Source: Candidatus Saccharimonadia bacterium (GTDB lineage: Bacteria > Patescibacteriota > Saccharimonadia > UBA4664 > JBBRNT01). From it: a stretch of 64,000 nucleotides of DNA. The notes under the pieces are model-generated. The model did no database searches, had not been told where the DNA came from, and saw only the letters and a program-made list of their open reading frames with translations. Shown in pieces: positions 56,201 to 64,000 of the stretch (position 1 is its first letter; every line of letters starts with the position of its first letter). The position numbers and the translations under genes were made by a program. Location: positions 18,619 to 82,618 of the forward strand of contig JBBRNT010000005.1 in assembly GCA_038230095.1 (NCBI GenBank), given 5' to 3'.

Positions 56201-57197
56201 CATTTAAGTCGGAGGCAGCAAAGCGGCCACCGGCCAACTGCACCATCGGGCGTAGGTCTGGCGGGATGACAGGCAGCTGAGTGATAACCATCCAGTGCGG
56301 CTCAATACTGGCGCTCTTCATACCTTCGAGCATTTTGAGACGCTTGAGGGTCTTCTTCTTTTTCTGACCCTGGCTGGCCTCGGCCTCGGCCTGGAGCTCA
56401 GTTACCATTTCGTCAACATTAATGCTGGCGAGTAGACCGCGGATAGCTTCGGCGCCAATTTCGGCCTTGAAGACATCGCCGTACTTCAGATTAAGGTCAC
56501 GGTACTTGCTCTCAGACAATAGCTGCAGCTTCACGAGACTTTCCAGCTCGGTTTTGGCCGAGGTGTAGCTGTTCTCAAGCTCAGTGAGCTCAGCGGACTG
56601 AGCAGTAGCTAGGCCCTTAATGTCCGCCTCAGCCTCACCAGCCTTGTGCTCGTAGCTCTTGCGAACTTCATTAATACGGGTCTGATAGTCGTGGTCTAGG
56701 TCCTGCACCGCTTTCTTGCGGCCTTCGTCGTTGACTTCTGTCACAATGTAGTTCGCAAAGTAGACGACACGCTCTAGGTCGCGCACGCTCATATTGAGCA
56801 CGAGACCGACGCTAGATGGGGTACCACGGAGGAACCAGATGTGGGTAACGGGTACAGCTAGGGTAATGTGGCCCATGCGCTCGCGGCGGACAATACTGCG
56901 GGTGACGCGGACGCCACACTTGTCGCAGACAACATCTTTGTAACGAATACGCTTGTACTTACCACAGTAACATTCCCAGTCCTTGGTAGGTCCGAAGATT
57001 TTCTCGCAGAAAAGACCATCTTTCTCAGGCTTCTGGGTGCGGTAATTGATGGTTTCTGGCTTGGTGACTTCACCGTGGGACCAACCGAGGATTTGCTCGG
57101 GGCTAGCCAGGGCGAGACGAACAGCCTCAAACTCGCTTGTCTGTTGATCAAGCGTTACGTCGCGGTCGGCGCGTGGTTCGTGAAATTCTCGTTCCAT
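53283..57197 (-). CDS. rpoC: DNA-directed RNA polymerase beta-prime subunit
   Basis: Zn-binding [32 protein letters not shown] catalytic motif; 1304 aa. Confidence 0.95.
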   Translation of the reverse strand: MEREFHEPRADRDVTLDQQTSEFEAVRLALASPEQILGWSHGEVTKPETINYRTQKPEKDGLFCEKIFGPTKDWECYCGKYKRIRYKDVVCDKCGVRVTRSIVRRERMGHITLAVPVTHIWFLRGTPSSVGLVLNMSVRDLERVVYFANYIVTEVNDEGRKKAVQDLDHDYQTRINEVRKSYEHKAGEAEADIKGLATAQSAELTELENSYTSAKTELESLVKLQLLSESKYRDLNLKYGDVFKAEIGAEAIRGLLASINVDEMVTELQAEAEASQGQKKKKTLKRLKMLEGMKSASIEPHWMVITQLPVIPPDLRPMVQLAGGRFAASDLNDLYRRVINRNNRLRRLIELDAPEVIRRNEKRMLQEAVDALIDNNARRERAVSSTGTRRKLKSLSDMLKGKQGRFRQNLLGKRVDYSGRSVIISGPSLKLHQCGLPKMMALELFKPFVISQLIEQGLAHNVKSASRMIERGRTEVWDVLEEIIADKYVLLNRAPTLHRLGIQAFQPILIEGKAIQLHPLVCTAFNADFDGDQMAVHVPLSEAAQKEARELMLASKNLLKPADGATVVNPGQDIVLGCYYLTYDKFAGSDAKPKAYTHTNEAIYAYDMGLIKLQTKILVPIEGAMLETTVGRILFNEILPETFGFRNEILAKKTLQRLIAEIFAKYGTEETARVVDDIKDLGFKHATISGVSISVDDYIIPEKKPEILEAAEKQAIEISKQFGQGLITDDERYQRTVETWQNANSQITNELEKTLRKESTSAALFVDSGARGDLSQVNQVAGMLGLVADPSGRTIELPIKSNYKEGFSVLEYFNSSHGARKGLTDTALKTAESGYLTRRMVDVSQDVIITEADCGDTEGSILNRSESELIGEKFATRISGRVALDKIVSPDGEVLVKSGEMITAPQSDAIDASGLEFVKVRTVLKCRTFWGACQMCYGLDLARGGLVKLGEPVGVIAAQSIGEPGTQLTMRTFHKGGVAGEDITSGLPRVEEIFEARNPKGQAVLADVAGVITVKQAPGKHLVRIAPAELKVTEYELENRTAAVKSGQKVVPGDVLAADAKGKHAIKAKVAGIVKVGKTSIKLTEDGGGDKEYSIPNYYNLTVTTGDVVTVGARLTEGSINLQEMLELLGEGAVQRYIVAEIQSIYASQGQAIADKHIEVIIRQMFSRVQIEEPGDSLFVTGDIVTKMSVVEENAILDAEGKKTATFEQLLLSITKISTSSDSFLSAASFQDTTRVLINAATRGKIDRLRGLKENVIIGRLIPVGTGFRPEAAAAAAALAAEVKAVERATRDARRTDEVAPEAA

Positions 57198-60100
57198 TTA
57201 GACCTCCATTTCCGCATTAACTTCTGTGGCATCATTGTCCGGCGATTCTGATTGCTCGGCGAGGACAGCGAACTCGTCTTCGCTCTCACCAGCTAGGTCT
57301 ACTAGGGGCATGTCGGCTACAACTGCGTCGCCAATCATGAGCTTCTCGCTACCCAGATCGGTCACCTCTAGATCGGTCTCAGCAGAGATTACTGTCTCAG
57401 CGTCGACTTCACTGTCTACTTCCCCACTGTGGTCAGTGCGGATGAGGTCTACGGCCAGACCCAGTGACTGGAGCTCCTTGACCAAAACATTAAAGGACTC
57501 AGGGATACGTGGTCCACGAATAGGCTCGTTCTTAATGATGGCCTCATAGGCCTTAGAACGTCCAACCACGTCATCGGATTTAATGGTCAGGATTTCTTGC
57601 AGGGTATGAGCTGCACCATAGGCCTCAAGCGCCCAGACTTCCATCTCACCAAAGCGCTGGCCGCCCATTTGGGCTTTACCACCCAGCGGCTGCTGAGTAA
57701 CCATAGCGTACGGACCAGTGGAACGAGCATGGATCTTGTCGTCTACCATGTGAGTGAGCTTGAGCATGTATTTGTAGCCAACGGTGGTGCGCTCTTGGAA
57801 CGGCTCACCGGAGCGACCGTCAAAGAGCTGGACCTTACCGTCTTCGGGTAGGCCGGCCTTGCGGAGCTCGCCCTTAATCTCTTCCAGCGTGACGCCGTCG
57901 AAGACAGGGGTGGCTACCTTGTAGCCCAGAGTGGTGGCGGCCCAGCCGAGGTGGGTCTCGAAGATTTGACCCAGATTCATACGGGCACCCACGCCGAGGG
58001 GGTTAAGGATCATGTCGACTGGAGTACCATCTTCTAGGTATGGCATGTCCTCAATTGGCAGGATGCGAGCGATAACGCCCTTATTGCCGTGACGCCCGGC
58101 CATCTTGTCGCCAACGGAGATCTTGCGCATTTGAGCGACAGAGACCTGGAGCTGCTCGATGACACCTGGTGGCAGTTCATCGCCGTTCTCGCGGCTAAAG
58201 ACCTTGACGCCAACTACCTTACCGCGCTCGCCGTTAGGCATGCGGAGTGAGGTGTCTTTGACATCGCGAGCCTTCTCACCGAAGATGGCGCGAAGTAGCT
58301 TCTCTTCCGAGCTCAGCTCTTGCTCGCCCTTAGGCGTAATCTTACCGACGAGGATGTCGCCGGCAACTACTTCGGCCCCAATGCGGACAATACCGGTCTC
58401 GTCTAGGTCCTTCAGGCTGTCCTCGGAGACGTTGGCAATGTCACGGGTGATCACTTCCGGTCCCAGCTTGGTGTCGCGGACGTCGACGGTGTAGGTCTCA
58501 ATGTGGATAGAGGTAAAGCGGTCGTCCTTTACTAGGCTCTGCGAGAGTACAACGGCATCCTCAAAGTTGAAGCCGGCAAAGTTCATGAAGGCTACGAGAA
58601 TGTTCTGTCCCAAAGCGAGCTCGCCCTTGTCGGTAGACATACCGTCTACCAAGACGTCGCCTTTCTTCACATTCCAGCCACTTTCAGCAACGGTGCGTTG
58701 GTGGATGGACGTACCGACATTACTTCGGACGAAGTTCAGTAGTTCGTAGTTCTTGGTTTGACCATTCTTGTAGGTCACAGTGACTTCAGAGGCAGTAGCC
58801 TTGTCGACAACACCATCGGCCTCGGCCACAATGACCTGGCCAGAGTCGCGGGCGACAACGCCTTCTATGCCGGTACCAACCACTGGGGATTGAGGCTTAA
58901 TAAGCGCTACGGCTTGCTTCTGCATATTGGCGCCCATGAGGGCCCGACGGGCGTAGTCATGCTCGAGGAACGGGATGAGCGCAGTGGAGACGGAAACGAT
59001 CTGACGGCTAGAAACGTCCATGAAACGGACAGTGTTACTGTCTTCTTCCTCGGCCTCACCGGAGCGACGAACGCTCACACGGGCGTTGGTGAAGTAGCCA
59101 TCGTCGCCCACTTCGGTATTGGCCTCAGTGATGACGGCGTACTTCTCATCAGCGGCGTCCAAGTAGACCACTTCCTCGCTGACTTTGGCCTTCACAGGGA
59201 TAAGACCCTCGTGCTTAGCCAGCTTCTTTGCCATGGCAGCGGTAATAGTGTCACCAGGCTTAGCCACGACGGTACCGGAAGTATCCTTTAGGGTAGTGCG
59301 AGCAATGTGGCCAGCAACGTCGGCAACAGCAACTTCGCCGATAACGACGCGGTAGGGTGCTTCGATGAAGCCGTACTCATTGACTCGGGCAAAGCTCGCA
59401 AGGTTGAGTACGAGACCAATGTTTGGGCCTTCCGGAGTCTCAATAGGGCACATGCGACCGTAGTGGGTCTTATGAACGTCGCGGACTTCGAAACCGGCAC
59501 GTTCACGAGATAGACCACCAGGTCCCATAGCGTTCAGGCGGCGCTTGTGAGCAATTTCGGCTAGTGGATTGACCTGGTCCATGAACTGCGACAGCTGGGA
59601 GCTGGCAAAGAACTCGCGGACGCTGGCGACAATCGGTCGGACATTAATGAGCTGACCAGGGGTGACAGTGGCAATATCGTAGACAGACATGCGGTCCTTG
59701 ACGATACGCTCCATGCGCAACAAACCGATTCGGAACTTGCCCTGAATAAGCTCGCCAACCATCTTGAGGCGGCGATTGGCTAGGTTGTCGATGTCGTCTG
59801 CAACACCGCGACCATTGTGCAGGTTGATGATCTCGGTAACGATGGCTACCAGATCCTCACGGCGCAGCACGCGGTTGTCGGGAATGTTCTCAACGTCCAG
59901 GCCCAGACGCTTGTTGACTTTGTAACGACCGACCTTCGAGAAGTCATAACGCTTGAAATCGAAGAACATACTCTCAATGAGGCTCTTAGAGTTCTCAACA
60001 GTGGCTAGATCGCCCGGACGTATACGGCGATAGACCTCCATGAGCGCTTCAGAGGTAGTAGAGCTAGGGTCTTTGTCGAGTGTCTCATCTATAAGCTTGA

Positions 60101-60740
60101 GCTCACCATCATCGGCGCCCTTGAAGAGAGCCTTGATCTCTTCATCGCTACCAAAACCAAAGGCACGTAGCAGAGTGGTCACCGGCAGCTTGCGCTTACG
60201 ATCGATTTTAACGGAGATAACGCCACCGGCGCTGGTTTCCAGCTCCAGCCAGGCGCCACGGCCAGGAATAACCTTGGCACCAAACAGCTCGAGGCCGCTG
60301 GATGCGTCGGAAGTAAAGAAGACGCCGGCGCTGCGAACCAACTGGCTCACGACGACACGCTCAACACCGTTGATGATGAAGGTACCGCGCTCGGTCATCC
60401 ATGGGTAATCACCCAAAAAGACTTCCTGCTGTTTGACCTCTCCGGTCTCTTTGTTGACAAGCTCAACATTGACCTTCAGTGGGACTTCGTAGGAAGCGTT
60501 CTTTAGCTTGGCAGTTTTTTCGTCGTACTTAGGCTCTTCAAAGTGAAAATCCTTAAAGTACAGGGCGAGGTTCTTGCCAGTGAAGTCTTCGATCGGGCTG
60601 ACTTCTGATAGGAGCTCTTTGAGTCCTTCGGTAATGAACCAGTCGAAAGACTGGGTCTGAATCTCGATGAGATTGGGCAGCTGTTGGACTTCGGGCTTGC
60701 TGCTGAGGTACTTACGGGCCGGATGGTTGGGCTGGGCCAA
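57198..60740 (-). CDS. rpoB: DNA-directed RNA polymerase beta subunit (TTG start)
   Basis: 1180 aa; conserved beta-subunit regions throughout; acidic C-terminal tail. Confidence 0.95.
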   Translation of the reverse strand: MAQPNHPARKYLSSKPEVQQLPNLIEIQTQSFDWFITEGLKELLSEVSPIEDFTGKNLALYFKDFHFEEPKYDEKTAKLKNASYEVPLKVNVELVNKETGEVKQQEVFLGDYPWMTERGTFIINGVERVVVSQLVRSAGVFFTSDASSGLELFGAKVIPGRGAWLELETSAGGVISVKIDRKRKLPVTTLLRAFGFGSDEEIKALFKGADDGELKLIDETLDKDPSSTTSEALMEVYRRIRPGDLATVENSKSLIESMFFDFKRYDFSKVGRYKVNKRLGLDVENIPDNRVLRREDLVAIVTEIINLHNGRGVADDIDNLANRRLKMVGELIQGKFRIGLLRMERIVKDRMSVYDIATVTPGQLINVRPIVASVREFFASSQLSQFMDQVNPLAEIAHKRRLNAMGPGGLSRERAGFEVRDVHKTHYGRMCPIETPEGPNIGLVLNLASFARVNEYGFIEAPYRVVIGEVAVADVAGHIARTTLKDTSGTVVAKPGDTITAAMAKKLAKHEGLIPVKAKVSEEVVYLDAADEKYAVITEANTEVGDDGYFTNARVSVRRSGEAEEEDSNTVRFMDVSSRQIVSVSTALIPFLEHDYARRALMGANMQKQAVALIKPQSPVVGTGIEGVVARDSGQVIVAEADGVVDKATASEVTVTYKNGQTKNYELLNFVRSNVGTSIHQRTVAESGWNVKKGDVLVDGMSTDKGELALGQNILVAFMNFAGFNFEDAVVLSQSLVKDDRFTSIHIETYTVDVRDTKLGPEVITRDIANVSEDSLKDLDETGIVRIGAEVVAGDILVGKITPKGEQELSSEEKLLRAIFGEKARDVKDTSLRMPNGERGKVVGVKVFSRENGDELPPGVIEQLQVSVAQMRKISVGDKMAGRHGNKGVIARILPIEDMPYLEDGTPVDMILNPLGVGARMNLGQIFETHLGWAATTLGYKVATPVFDGVTLEEIKGELRKAGLPEDGKVQLFDGRSGEPFQERTTVGYKYMLKLTHMVDDKIHARSTGPYAMVTQQPLGGKAQMGGQRFGEMEVWALEAYGAAHTLQEILTIKSDDVVGRSKAYEAIIKNEPIRGPRIPESFNVLVKELQSLGLAVDLIRTDHSGEVDSEVDAETVISAETDLEVTDLGSEKLMIGDAVVADMPLVDLAGESEDEFAVLAEQSESPDNDATEVNAEMEV

Positions 60741-60922
60741 GGGTGGACTCCTATTCTCTAATTACACACATCGCTTTTGGTCGTAACGCGGCGATGGGGG
60801 CTGTTGTAATGATAGAGAGGCTTTTCTAAACACATAAAACTGGGGGACAAGGCACATTCCCCAGTCATATTAAATTTAAGCATTCCTCTTGCAACAAATC
60901 CTACGCACTCCAGGCCCTATTG

Positions 60923-62209
60923 TCAAGCTTTTAACCCGACCTTCTTTGGTCGGGTAATGACAATGAGCTGCCACCCAGCCAGCAGCGTCAGCGCGAGGCC
61001 GAGGAAAACCAGAATCTTGGCTACACCAAACGCATCAGCTAAAGTAGCGGCTATTAGCACGGGCAGCGTTGAGGCAATGTTCATAACCATATTAAGTGAC
61101 CCGAAGACCTTGCCGCGTTCAGCGTCGGTCGTGTTTTCTTGGAGTATAGTCTGGGCCGTTGTCGATAGAATGGCATTACCGGCACCCAGTGCCAAGACAA
61201 TAACTGCGACCGTCAGCTGGGCAATAAGCACGGTAGGCGTACCATAGCCGAGACCAAGAAAGTGAAACTCCGTACTAAGGCCCAATGCCAGTAGAATAAG
61301 TGCCGTCGCAAAGGCACTGTAGCGGACTATCTTGAGCTTCTCATGCAGGATGCGGGTGACAAACCCGACGCCGATAACGCCCACAACCATGCCTAGACCA
61401 GCTGGGACAATGAGGTACTGGCTCACGTCTGTCAGCTGGGCGCCCAGGACAGTCATGGCAATGGCTGGGGCAAGGGTAAGAATGGTGCCAAGTACTGCCT
61501 GGACTGTGGCGAGCTGCAGAATCGGAAAATACAGCTTGGGCGTAGAAAAGATCATGCGGGTGTTGGTATTAAGCTCATGCCAGGTCTTGGCAAATATTTC
61601 AGTAATACTCTGGGTAAGCCAAGAGCTTGGCTTAAGTGACGGTAACCCAATGCTGAGCAGCGACGCAGCGGCAAACATGACGGTGGCAAAGCCAAACGGA
61701 GCCATCGGTCCGAATAGTTTTATAAGCGGCGCGGATACGGAGTACCCCAATACGAAGGTGGCGTAGAAGCTGAGCACAAACAGCGAGTTGGCAGCCAGTA
61801 GATCTGGACCCTTTACTAGGGCAGGTATGCTCGCGGCCTCGGCCGGGGTAAAGAACTGGGTGACACTCGCAATGACAAAGCTCAGGATAAACAACTCAAG
61901 AAGATTGTGGCTGAAGACAAAGAAGCCGAGGACCAGCAACGCCCGTACTAGGTTACTGACGAGCATGACAATCCGACGATCCCAGTGGTCCACAAACACA
62001 CCGGCTACCGACGCAAATAGTACGGATGGGACACCATAGCTAAGTACGACGAGCGCCACCGAAATATTGGCAAACCGGGTACCCTGGGCAAGCGTATAAA
62101 CTAGAATGATAAGCGCAAAGTTCAGGAGGTGCTGAGCGGTGGCAGAGAGCATTTGCGCGCCCCAGAGCTTGGCAAAAGGGCGATTGCGGGCGACAAAACG
62201 GAAATCCAC
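60923..62209 (-). CDS. MFS transporter
   Basis: 428 aa, 12 predicted TM helices; MFS-like D-R/K motifs between TM2 and TM3. Confidence 0.8.
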   Translation of the reverse strand: MDFRFVARNRPFAKLWGAQMLSATAQHLLNFALIILVYTLAQGTRFANISVALVVLSYGVPSVLFASVAGVFVDHWDRRIVMLVSNLVRALLVLGFFVFSHNLLELFILSFVIASVTQFFTPAEAASIPALVKGPDLLAANSLFVLSFYATFVLGYSVSAPLIKLFGPMAPFGFATVMFAAASLLSIGLPSLKPSSWLTQSITEIFAKTWHELNTNTRMIFSTPKLYFPILQLATVQAVLGTILTLAPAIAMTVLGAQLTDVSQYLIVPAGLGMVVGVIGVGFVTRILHEKLKIVRYSAFATALILLALGLSTEFHFLGLGYGTPTVLIAQLTVAVIVLALGAGNAILSTTAQTILQENTTDAERGKVFGSLNMVMNIASTLPVLIAATLADAFGVAKILVFLGLALTLLAGWQLIVITRPKKVGLKA

Positions 62210-62224
62210 TAGAGGTGAGCCTCG

Positions 62225-62833
62225 TTACTTGGTACTGTGTTGTATTATACCGTCTATCAGGCCATATTGCTTGGCTTCGTCAGCTGTCATGTAGTTGTCG
62301 CGGTCCGTGTCCTTGGCAATCTGTTCCACAGTCTGTCCGGTATCGGCAGCGAGAATTCGATTTAAACGTTCACGGGTTTTGAGCATTTCGCGGGCATAAA
62401 TGTCCACCTCGGTAGCCTGGCCACCGACGCCTTCGGTCAGCGGCTGGTGGATCATTACCTGGGCGTTGGGCAGCGCAAAGCGCTTGCCCTTGGTGCCACC
62501 AGCCAGCAGTACGGCGCCGAAGGAGGCGGCCATGCCCATGACAATGGTGGAAATGTCTGGCTTCACATACTTCATGGTGTCGTAGATAGCGAGACCAGCC
62601 GAGACGCTACCGCCCGGGGAGTTTATGTACATGATAATGTCACGCTTGGGGTCTTCGGCCTCCAGGAATAGGAGCTGGGCGATTACCAGATTGGCCACGT
62701 CGCTATCAATAGCGGTACCAACGAACATAATTCGGTCCTTGAGCAGGCGGGAGTAAATGTCATAGGCACGCTCGCCTTGGCTGGTCTTCTCCAAAACTGT
62801 AGGGATTAGGATGGACGAATTTTTGATCGACAT
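62225..62833 (-). CDS. clpP: ATP-dependent Clp protease proteolytic subunit
   Basis: Ser-His-Asp triad context [11 protein letters not shown]. Start set at MSIKNS (ATG at 62833, GAGGAG RBS); the track ORF extends to 62869. Confidence 0.92.
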   Translation of the reverse strand: MSIKNSSILIPTVLEKTSQGERAYDIYSRLLKDRIMFVGTAIDSDVANLVIAQLLFLEAEDPKRDIIMYINSPGGSVSAGLAIYDTMKYVKPDISTIVMGMAASFGAVLLAGGTKGKRFALPNAQVMIHQPLTEGVGGQATEVDIYAREMLKTRERLNRILAADTGQTVEQIAKDTDRDNYMTADEAKQYGLIDGIIQHSTK

Positions 62834-62905
62834 GGTGTACTCCTCATTACTGCCATTTTGACATAGCAAACTGGCACTTACAATAGCCGAGTGCTAGTTT
62901 CTGAG

Positions 62906-64000
62906 CTATTTGGCGTCCGAGTAGGCAATAATCTTGTCGATAGTGCGAAGGCTCATAAGGTGATTATAGACATCTTCGCGGGTCTCAGCCTTATCCAGCT
63001 CGCTGCGTAGCTCGGCGTCCTGGTAGTTCTGGCGGAGTCGGGCCAGCTCGGAGTCTATGTCTTCGTTACTCACTACTACACCTTCGGCCTTGGCAATTTC
63101 TGTCAGGAGCATCGCCAGGCCAACGCGCTTCTCGGCGGTGGGCTTGAGCTCTTCCTCGATCTGCGCCACGGTCTTGCCGGTGGCCTGAGCATAGCGCTCT
63201 AAGTCGAGGCCACTGGAGCCGAGGTTCTCAACCAGATCGCTCTTGAGCCGCTCAATCTGTTGCTCGAGTAGCCGGGCCGGCACGGTGTACTTGGACTTGG
63301 CAAGCAGCTCTTCCAGAACGTCATTCTCGTACTGCTTGTGGGCCTGCTCTTGGCGCTCGTGCCCGATGGCAACTTCCACGTCCTTGCGCAGCTCTGCCAT
63401 GGTCTTAAACTCACTCACCTTGGCAGCAAACTCGTCGTTGAGTTCGGGGCTGGTAATGGCAGTAACCTCATTGACAGTAATCTTGAACTCTACTGGCTGA
63501 CCGGCCAAGGTGGCTTCGTGATAGTCCTTGGGGAAGGTAATGGTAAAGGTCTTCTCGGCGCCGGCGGATAGCCCTATGAGCTGCTCTTCGAAGCCGGGGA
63601 TAAAGGAATTGGAGCCAAGAACTAGCTTGTAATGCTTCGAGGTAGCACCGGGAACGGCTACACCGGCGCGGGTGCCGGCGAAGTCGAAGTCTATCTCATC
63701 GCCCGTAGTGGCAGCTCGGTCTGCTGGCTTGCGCTCAGCGGAGCGCTTGGCCAGATCACTTAAGACCTGGTCAATATCTGCGGTAGTGATCTTGGTCTCT
63801 GTGCGCTTGACCTTAATCTTCTTGTAGTCGGGCAGGGTGACGGGAGGCATAATCTCGGCCGTGGCGGTGTACTCAATCTCGGTAAATGGCACGAACTTGG
63901 TAATATCCACCTTGGGTGAGGCAATGACGGGCAGCTCATACTGGCGTACGGCGCTGGCATAACTAAACTGCAGTAGATCATCTATTACCTCGGACTGCAC
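62906..64000 (-). CDS. tig: trigger factor; 3' portion only, the N-terminus lies beyond the right window edge
   Basis: PPIase FKBP-like middle domain and C-terminal domain (..FDFAGTRAGVAVPGATSKHYKLVLGSNSFIPGFEEQLIGL...). Confidence 0.85.
   Translation of the reverse strand: MQSEVIDDLLQFSYASAVRQYELPVIASPKVDITKFVPFTEIEYTATAEIMPPVTLPDYKKIKVKRTETKITTADIDQVLSDLAKRSAERKPADRAATTGDEIDFDFAGTRAGVAVPGATSKHYKLVLGSNSFIPGFEEQLIGLSAGAEKTFTITFPKDYHEATLAGQPVEFKITVNEVTAITSPELNDEFAAKVSEFKTMAELRKDVEVAIGHERQEQAHKQYENDVLEELLAKSKYTVPARLLEQQIERLKSDLVENLGSSGLDLERYAQATGKTVAQIEEELKPTAEKRVGLAMLLTEIAKAEGVVVSNEDIDSELARLRQNYQDAELRSELDKAETREDVYNHLMSLRTIDKIIAYSDAK

Overview
This 64-kb window comes from a bacterial genome of roughly 57% GC, with nearly all genes on the minus strand. 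The ribosomal block lacks rpmD (L30), adk and map. That, together with long low-complexity tails on several r-proteins, a GAD-less AspRS and very tight gene packing, suggests a Patescibacteria/CPR-like lineage. This is an inference, not a verified assignment.

Content, left to right:
- Thymidylate cluster: thyX-like (partial, runs off the left edge) and tmk, then an FKBP isomerase and dcd.
- rplK-rplA, nusG and secE.
- A ~10-kb block holding a zinc-ribbon polytopic membrane protein, a three-gene redox operon (sulfite-oxidase-like molybdoenzyme, ArsC/LMW-PTP-like, FNR-like flavoprotein), aspS (GAD domain absent), ndh and several membrane proteins.
- tRNA-Trp, rpmG, a PspC-domain gene, then a tRNA cluster Thr(GGT)-Tyr-Thr(TGT).
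- A TPR protein, holB, rluD and an RCK K+ channel.
- The rplM-rpsI, alpha, spc and S10 ribosomal superoperon, from rplQ through to rplC.
- A ~5-kb insertion between rplC and rpsJ (aquaporin, PIG-L deacetylase, DinB-like, HExxH and membrane proteins), bounded by intrinsic terminators and a strong sigma70-like promoter for rplC.
- rpsJ, tuf and fusA.
- An ~8-kb GC-rich accessory island inserted between fusA and rpsG.
- rpsG-rpsL-rpoC-rpoB, an MFS transporter, clpP and tig (partial, runs off the right edge).

The most interesting element is in the accessory island. It is a 322-aa reverse transcriptase with retron-type motifs (NAxxH-like SISNAFPH, GAPASP, YTRFADDLT, VT..G). Directly upstream on the same strand is a 636-nt GC-rich structured non-coding region, the candidate msr/msd. 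Upstream of that is a winged-helix plus degenerate-Nudix protein. Nearby lie a cysteine-rich four-gene operon of unknown function and tandem paralogous 4-TM genes that share a terminator family.

Other observations:
- A leader motif is duplicated upstream of rplK and rplA and resembles the 23S rRNA L1 site.
- The thyX-like gene has a non-canonical RHR signature.
- No CRISPR arrays, transposases, integrases or rRNA genes were seen.
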